From Macrostomum lignano (taxonomy: Eukaryota), in contig NIVC01001018.1 of NCBI GenBank assembly GCA_002269645.1, positions 124,001 to 188,000 on the forward strand: a stretch of DNA of 64,000 nucleotides, read 5' to 3'. Every line of letters starts with the position of its first letter. Position 1 is the first letter of the stretch. Under the pieces are notes generated by a model. The model worked only from the letters and a program-made list of their open reading frames with translations. It ran no database searches and had not been told where the DNA came from. Positions 55,837 through 64,000 of this stretch are shown here, one piece after another. Both the position numbers and the translations under genes were made by a program.

Positions 55837-56129
55837 TGCTGAGCTCTGCTGCTCCCTGTAAGATTATTACGAGGAACGGCTACATTTCATTGTTACTGCC
55901 TATCGTTACAGCTAAGGCCCTGGACCCGGTAGGACTGAGGACTCCATAGACACAAGACCCTAGAACCAGAACCCTTATAGATGTAGTAGAACCTGGACAA
56001 AGAACGTTACCTTAGGCTTAGAACCCTAAAAGACACAGGACCTTATGCCTATCGAACACAAGACCTTTAGACACAGGGCCATAGGGCGAGTAGGTCTCGC
56101 TTTCAAGAACTGGATCACCTGACACAGGA

Positions 56130-56295
56130 GCCTAGTCACAAGGCCGCCCTGGCGCAGGATCCTAAGACACAAGGCCGCCCTGGCGCAGGACCCTATAGAC
56201 ACAAGGCCGCCCTGGCGCAGGACCCTATAGACACAAGGCCGCCCTGGCGCAGGACCCTATAGACACAAGGCCGCCCTGGCGCAGGACCCTAGACA
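56130..56295. repeat. 32-bp minisatellite
   Basis: GACACAAGGCCGCCCTGGCGCAGGACCCTATA units. Confidence 0.9.
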
Positions 56296-56927
56296 GAAAT
56301 GACAGACAGACCCTGACTCCACCGCAAGCGACAGATGCAGCTCGTACTACGCTTGACGCTCATGACGCTTGATCTTATAGGCTTGCCAATTTACTGTAGA
56401 GCAGGGGACTTCTGAGTAACTGCCGCAATTAAAGCGAGAATCGGCAGCCGTCCCTTTAACCTTTATGGATAGTTCAACTATTTCTTTCTACACCCGCAAC
56501 TACAGTTCAACAAATTATAGACCAAACTATAACTTATAGATGAAATTAATTTACCTGATACAAGTCTACATTTTCGTTAGTCAAGACACTTCGCTGCTCT
56601 GTGCATGCTCACACAAACGGACCTTGCAGCCAGACAACGCAAAACGAAAATAAAAGCATTTCTAATAAAAAAGAGAAAGCAAAAATGCATCCAAAACACG
56701 ACGACGTATGCCGTACCTAGCTGCGCAAATGTTTACACAATTTAAAGGTAATGCTCAGGCAAATCAAATCATTGCTGGCGTAGGACACAATGATTTTTTA
56801 TTTGCGCAACTTTGGAATTGTCAGAATATTTCGTCCATTTTTCGGTGTTCCTATTACTGAAATCATTCGCATGCAGCAGCCAGTAAATGAAGACAACTCG
56901 TGATCTAGGTCACTCTACGAGCGTATA

Positions 56928-57560
56928 GTGAATTGGGTCACTCGTGAACTGGGTCAGTCTGTCCTGAATTGGGTCACTAGTGAACTGGGTCTGTCCTGAA
57001 TTGGGTCACTCGTGAACTGCATGGGTCAGTCTGTCCTGAATTGGGTCACTCGTGAACTGGGTCAGTCTGTCCTGAATTGGGTCACTCGTGAACTGGGTCA
57101 GTCTGTCCTGAATTGGGTCACTCGTGAACTGGGTCAGTCTGTCCTGAATTGGGTCACTCGTGAACTGCATGGGTCAGTCTGTCCTGAATTGGGTCACTCG
57201 TGAACTGGGTCAGTCTGTCCTGAATTGGGTCACTCGTGAACTGGGTCAGTCTGTCCTGAATTGGGTCACTCGTGAACTGCATGGGTCAGTCTGTCCTGAA
57301 TTGGGTCACTCGTGAACTGCATGGGTCAGTCTGTCCTGAATTGGGTCACTCGTGAACTGCATGGGTCAGTCTGTCCTGAATTGGGTCACTCGTGAACTGC
57401 ATGGGTCAGTCTGTCCTGAATTGGGTCACTCGTGAACTGCATGGGTCAGTCTGTCCTGAATTGGGTCACTCGTGAACTGCATGGGTCAGTCTGTCCTGAA
57501 TTGGGTCACTCGTGAACTGCATGGGTCAGTCTGTCCTGAATTGGGTCACTCGTGAGTTAC
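56928..57560. repeat. 36/40-bp minisatellite
   Basis: GAATTGGGTCACTCGTGAACTG(CATG)GGTCAGTCTGTCCT units. Confidence 0.94.
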
Positions 57561-59398
57561 TCGTGGGTTACTCGAAGTGGACTGGGTCAGTATTTCCTGA
57601 ACTGGGTCGCTATATAGTGAACTGGGTGGGTCAGTCTGTCCTAGATTGAGTCACTCTTCGAACTTCAGACAGATCGAATATGTCACTTTGAATTTGCAAC
57701 ATGTAGCTCTCGTCAATGACAAAAAAAGTGAAAGAAAGAAAATATTTTCGTAAATTATTGATAATTAACCAATCAATAAATAACTATAGAACCTCCGCTG
57801 GTCAGAATTGTTAAATAAAAGTATCTTAAAAGTTTTTTAATCGCTTATAGTATAAAAAGCCTGATAATGGAATTGAAGCAAATCCAAAAATTACATAAAC
57901 ATACATGCTTTTGTAGTTCTTGCAAGCCTTGATGGAATTATGAATCTGAACTTGTAATTTTTTTACGCCTCGCTTCTTATCATACACTATAATACCAACG
58001 TATTTTTTCTCGATAAATATTAGTTATCTGCAGAAGTGCACGCGATATCTTTTAAATCAGCGCCTTTGCTACTTGTGTCAAGATAAATTTAGTTTAACAA
58101 AATTTACTATGGAGTTAATATGTACTTGTACACTATAACATGCATAATACCATAAACGAGAAATAGCTAGGTTAATATCTAAAAATTTACACAATTGGAT
58201 TTTTTTTTATCTTAAGACATTAGCACGCGAAAACATGTACAGAAAGAACATATACAATTGGATCTAGTACTCTGTGCTGTAAATACAGTAATAAACTATT
58301 GTCTGAGCACAAATGTGAATTGTTTTGTTTTTTATTTAGGTTGTGTCGGCCGAGAACGAGAATAATCGGCCGAGAACTACGAGCATGGTTTCTGCTTCTA
58401 CATGTATTTTCCTAATCTCGGCCGGTTCAGCATCTGAACCGCATGTGTATAGGTTTTCCTCACCATTCATTAGGGACTACATGTACATGTACAAATACTC
58501 TTTAGTCCCCCTGATAATTTTTCATGCAGTACATATCCAGTAAAAATATGGAACCGACTTTTCCTGGTTCTCTACATTTACTTTAACGTGTATTCCCATT
58601 ACATAATAAATTACATTTGCATTTCAGTCTTAGACTATACAGTTATAGGTGTACAGTCACACAGTGTGTATGCAGCTATGAAATCGATGTACATGTACAT
58701 GTAATCGCGCTCTATAGATCTCTCTCTAAGTAAGGTGGAGTATAGTATATGTCGGTCAGCTTGTGTAGGAACCTTCAGAATCAGAAGCTGTATTTCCTTT
58801 TCATTGTTAAAGCTAAACTGTTTTTGCGATGCCAAAGCACAAAACTTACATGCCATAAATGTTTTACTCCAGCATTGTCTTTTGACACGTAACGCAAAAT
58901 GAAAGTCTAAATAAAAACTTTTTTGTTTGGCTGGCAATGCAATAATCAGAATTAAAGTCTTATATGACACTATTTAGTTTCTTATATTTTTATCAACAAA
59001 ATTTTGATATTAAGTTTGTTTTGTTACGAGATTAGTATTCCAGTACAAAAATTGATTTCAATTTTTATAAGAAACAATTTTTCATCTGTAACTAACTTAC
59101 TGGTGGCCTGCCTGTGGGCGTGTTAGGTGTTAATAGCGTAAATTAGATTTTTTTCGCAGCTAAGTATAAGTATTATAAACAGTGCTAAGCTAAAGTCAAA
59201 AGTATCTTTCTACCATATCAACATCCAGAAATACAACTCGGGCTTACAGTGTATACTGCGATATGGGCTTAGGCTTATGCTAATAGTGAACATTTATCTG
59301 GGTTATTATAAAATACAGTAATAGTGAAGCTGTTCTGTTGAGTTGTGCATAGGTCTTAATAAAAGCACTAAAAGAGCCAATAAGCGCATCGAGACAAA

Positions 59399-62300
59399 AT
59401 GGCATGTGTTTTCTGTGAATATGCTTCAGGAGAGTCCCCAAATAGTCAGTCAATTGTACTAAAGGTCGGTATGTATAAGTCATTGAATTGATATTTAAAA
59501 TACAGATTTTTTCTATCTGTATTTTCTATTACATATATTTTTTGCTATTCGCCTATAGCATAGGGGCCTAGGCTATAATTTGTAGTCACTCAGTTAAACA
59601 CTATTCTATTATTTTTCCCAGCAATAGTTTAGAGGACTCTATATCCTGTAGGCTGTATGTATCTTAGAAAAAAACATATTTATTATATTTTTGTGAAAGC
59701 TGATGTCTAATATAAGTTAAAGATTTTACATACTTTCTATTGCATTGTCAATTTTGAAACTACTATTAGATTAACAAAAGTGACTAAAGTGATTTAGATA
59801 TTAAATTCAAATAAGTCAAAAAGGCAAAGTACCCAATAAAAGGCTCTTTATTTTTCTACTTTATTTACATCTCAGATTCTTAGCCTTTTAAAATCAAGAT
59901 TCAATTAAGATTTGAAAAAGAATTAAAAAAAGTAAAAATCTAAAATTGCAAATATCAATTGTTAAAATTAGATAAATATCTCATCTGACCTTTAAAAAAA
60001 TTCCTTAAAATCTATGCCAAAATTTCTTTATAAAAAACAAAATTAAATTAAAAGTTTTTAATTTTAGCATATTTTAATAAATTTTTAAAACAAATTTTAA
60101 GAAATAAACATTTTATCATTGTCCATTGAAATATTCAACTTTTATACTATACAAAATTTTATTTTTTATATAAAAATGTTAGATAATATTACATAGTTTA
60201 CTCATCCCAAGATGTATGGGAAAATTTATGCCAAAATTGTATATGCCAAAAAGATATAAAAAAATATTTTTGTGCTCCAAAATTTTTATCCCAAATATTG
60301 ACATGAATTGTCAACTTTAAAGGAGATTTTTTTGTTTGTATGCCGGAAATTTCTAGTGTACAAATCATACATGCCTAACACCTATCCAAACTGTCCAAAC
60401 CAGACGGGTGAAATGGCGCTGGCCAGGGTAAGTCGCAAAATAAAAAATGTGAAAAATGAAAAATTTGAGGAAGAAAGAAAGGAGAGAAAGTGAAAAGGAA
60501 AAGAAAGGAGGAAGAAGAGAGAGAGAGAAAGAGAAGAAAATAGTAAAAGGCAAGAAAAGTCATATACAAAGTGAAAATTAAGTCACAATCAAAAGGAACT
60601 AAGTCACAATTGGGAGAAACTAAGTTGCACTGGATGGGTGAAATTTTGAGGTTGGGCATGTATGGTACAAATGGTAATGTTTCAGAACTTGGATAATATA
60701 AATAATATTTATATATAATCAATGCAGTTACACTTTCTTGGAACTCATCATTTATTGAGTCATAACTCAAAAGCTTTAAAACAATTGAAGCATTAAATGT
60801 GGCTCTTCAAGCAGAATTTTAATTTGAGCAGTTTCAATGTGGTAGTAAAAATTTATATTGAGATGATAAATGTCCCAGCAAACAGCTCTTGTATTAAATA
60901 TTTTAGCTATAGCCCTAGGAACTCTAGACCAATGTGCATATTATAAGGATAGTCATAGTCAGAAGTTTAATCCCATTAATCCTATTGCAATTTTTAGACA
61001 GATGAGCTTGTGGTATTTCGTGACATTCGTCCAGCTAGCCAACATCACCTATTAGCCTGTCCAGCCCAACACATCCCTGATGCCAAGCATCTGACCAAAT
61101 CTGATATTGCATTGGTGGAGTCACTTGTTGAGGCAGGACTTGGAGCGATTGAGAAACTGGGTGGCAACAGGCTAGAGACCAGGTGTGCCAATTATATTAT
61201 TTCAAATTTACTCAAGTCTTTCCTGCATTTAAGCATTTAAGTTTGAGTAGCTAAAATACTTCCAAGCATTTGAATATAATAAGAAACACCCAATCACATC
61301 AATGCAATAAGAATCGCCCTCAGCCATGTGAATGCAGTAAGAATCGCCCTCAGCCATGTGAATGCAATCAGAATAGCCCTCAGCCATGTGAATGCAGTAA
61401 GAATCGCCCTCAGCCATGTGAATGCAGTAAGAATCGCCCTCAGCCATGTGAATGCAATAAGAATCGCCCTCAGCCATGTGAGTGCAGTAAGAATCGCCCT
61501 CAGCCATGTGAATGCAATCAGAATCGCCCTCAGCCATGTGAATGCAGTAAGAATCGCCCTCAGCCATGTGAATGCAGCAAGAATCGCCCTCAGCCATGTG
61601 AATGCAATCAGAATCGCCCTCAGCCATGTGAATGCAGTAAGAATCGCCCTCAGCCATGTGAATGCAGTAAGAATCGCCCTCAGCCATGTGAATGCAGTAA
61701 GAATCGCCCTCAGCCATGTGAATGCAGTAAGAATCGCCCTCAGCCATGTGAATGCAGCAAGAATCGCCCTCAGCCATGTGAATGCAATCAGAATCGCCCT
61801 CAGCCATGTGAATGCAATCAGAATCGCCCTCAGCCATGTGAATGCAATCAGAATCGCCCTCAGCCATGTGAATGCAATAAGAATCGCCCTCAGCCATGTG
61901 AGTGCAGTAAGAATCGCCCTCAGCCATTTGAATGCAATCAGAATCGCCCTCAGCCATGTGAATGCAATCAGAATCGCCCTCAGCCATGTGAATGCAATAA
62001 GAATCGCCCTCAGCCATGTGAATGCAGTAAGAATCGCCCTCAGCCATGTGAATGCAGTAAGAATCGCCCTCAGCCATGTGAATGCAATCAGAATCGCCCT
62101 CAGCCATGTGAATGCAGTAAGAATCGCCCTCAGCCATGTGAATGCAATCAGAATCGCCCTCAGCCATGTGAATGCAGTAAGAATCGCCCTCAGCCATGTG
62201 AATGCAATCAGAATCGCCCTCAGCCATGTGAGTGCAACAGGAATCGCCCTCAGCCATGTGAATGCAATAAGAATCGCCCTCAGCCGTGTGAATGCAGTAA

Positions 62301-63728
62301 GAATCGCCCTCAGCCATGTGAATGCAGTAAGAATCGCCCTCAGCCATGTGAATGCAGTAAGAATCGCCCTCAGCCATGTGAGTGCAGTAAGAATCGCCCT
62401 CAGCCATGTGAATGCAATCAGAATCGCCCTCAGCCATGTGAATGCAATCAGAATCGCCCTCAGCCATGTGAATGCAATCAGAATCGCCCTCAGCCATGTG
62501 AATGCAATAAGAATCGCCCTCAGCCATGTGAGTGCAGTAAGAATCGCCCTCAGCCATGTGAATGCAATCAGAATCGCCCTCAGCCATGTGAATGCAGTAA
62601 GAATCGCCCTCAGCCATGTGAATGCAGTAAGAATCGCCCTCAGCCATGTGAATGCAATAAGAATCGCCCTCAGCCATGTGAATGCAGCAAGAATCGCCCT
62701 CAGCCATGTGAATGCAGTAAGAATCGCCCTCAGCCATGTGAATGCAATCAGAATCGCCCTCAGCCATGTGAATGCAGTAAGAATCGCCCTCAGCCATGTG
62801 AATGCAATCAGAATCGCCCTCAGCCATGTGAGTGCAACAGGAATCGCCCTCAGCCATGTGAATGCAATAAGAATCGCCCTCAGCCGTGTGAATGCAGTAA
62901 GAATCGCCCTCAGCCATGTGAATGCAGTAAGAATCGCCCTCAGCCATGTGAATGCAGTAAGAATCGCCCTCAGCCATGTAAATGCAGTAAGAATCGCCCT
63001 CAGCCATGTGAATGCAGTAAGAATCGCCCTCAGCCATGTGAATGCAGTAAGAATCGCCCTCAGCCATGTAAATGCAGTAAGAATCGCCCTCAGCCATGTG
63101 AATGCAATAAGAATTTCCCTCAGCCATGTGAATGCAATAAGAATCGCCCTCAGCCATGTGAATGCAATAAGAATCGCCCTCAGCCATGTGAATGCAGTAA
63201 GAATCGCCCTCAGCCATGTGAATGCAGTGAGAATCGCCCTCAGCCATGTGAATGCAGTAAGAATCGCCCTCAGCCATGTGAATGCAGTAAGAATCGCCCT
63301 CAGCCATGTGAATGCAGTAAGAATCGCCCTCAGCCATGTGAATGCAAAAAGAATCGCCCTCAGCCATGTGAATGCAGTGAGAATCGCCCTCAGCCATGTG
63401 AATGCAGTAAGAATCGCCCTCAGCCACGAACGCATCCTCCTGTCTCTGTTCAACGCAGGGTGGGTTTGCACTGGCCGCCTTTCTGTCTAGTAAAGCACTT
63501 TCACGTGCATCTGATTTGGCCGGAATCCGAACTGACTTGGCTGTCGCGATTAATTTTTCGCCCCAATTCATATTGGTTCTGCACGGTGAGTTTGTGAAAT
63601 ACGATCAGTGTTAACTGTTAAGACAATATGGCCTCAATAAGCTATGTTTGTTAATAATTATTATACTGTCCATTGATTTTACACAGGTGCCGAGTCTGAT
63701 AGAGTATCTGAATAATCTACCGGACTAA
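59399..63728 (+). CDS. HINT3: Histidine triad nucleotide-binding protein 3-like, 139 aa. Exons 59399-59464, 60998-61182, 63459-63585, 63687-63728
   Basis: Spliced product MACVFC...VFRDIRPASQHHLL...RVGLHWPPFCLVKHFHVHLI...FRPNSYWFCT carries the HIT motif HxHxHxx. Phases 0/2/0 are consistent; 420 nt total. Confidence 0.88.
61295..63427. repeat. 30-bp minisatellite (~70 units) in HINT3 intron 2
   Basis: GAATGCAGTAAGAATCGCCCTCAGCCATGT; variant block at 62221-62290 recurs at 62821-62890 (600-bp internal duplication). Confidence 0.97.
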
Positions 63729-64000
63729 TTATTTATCTTTTGTCTTCAGTCATTATTGTGACGTTACACATGCTGTGTACTTTTCTTGTCTATAGTTATG
63801 CACATCGATTAATTATCATCTGTGATTGACTAATAAATGATAAAGTATTTTAAATTTATTTCGTGGTCTTGACTTTTTCATTTAAAGAGGTATCTTTTTA
63901 CTAGATTAGAAAGTTGAATTTTAAACCCATTTAAGAATCGCCCTATATGCGTCTTACGAGAATAGAAGTTTTGATAAAGCAAAAAGGTGTTTGTAGAGAC

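Noticed and set aside
61229-63597. 720-780-aa ORFs, including the Cys-rich (NRPQPCECSK)n frame that runs into HINT3 exon 3
   Set aside because: They arise from a 30-bp unit that is stop-free in four frames and lie inside HINT3 intron 2. Intron retention hits a stop at 61240, and no start context supports them.

Overview
Eukaryotic (metazoan) genomic DNA with GC-rich exons, GT-AG introns and more than 25 different minisatellite arrays. This style suggests a flatworm such as Macrostomum, which is an inference only. By hand-splicing I recover seven protein genes: POT1 (+), UTP4/cirhin (+), a sex-peptide/MIP-receptor-like GPCR (+), TXNL1 (-), GPSM/Pins/LGN (+), a divergent Ena/VASP-like gene (-) and HINT3 (+). 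The window also holds an apparently intact mariner transposon (29-bp perfect TIRs, TA duplication, DD34D), a hAT-type MITE with an 8-bp TSD, an RTE-like LINE remnant, two tRNA-Arg genes and a tRNA-derived SINE-like sequence. Most long ORFs in the supplied track are artefacts of stop-free tandem repeats. The main oddities are an inverted orphan copy of a HINT3-like first exon, a mirror-image pair of minisatellite arms, an apparent 1-nt frameshift in POT1, and an Ena/VASP-like protein lacking a polyproline region. I see no CRISPR array and no clear wholly novel system.
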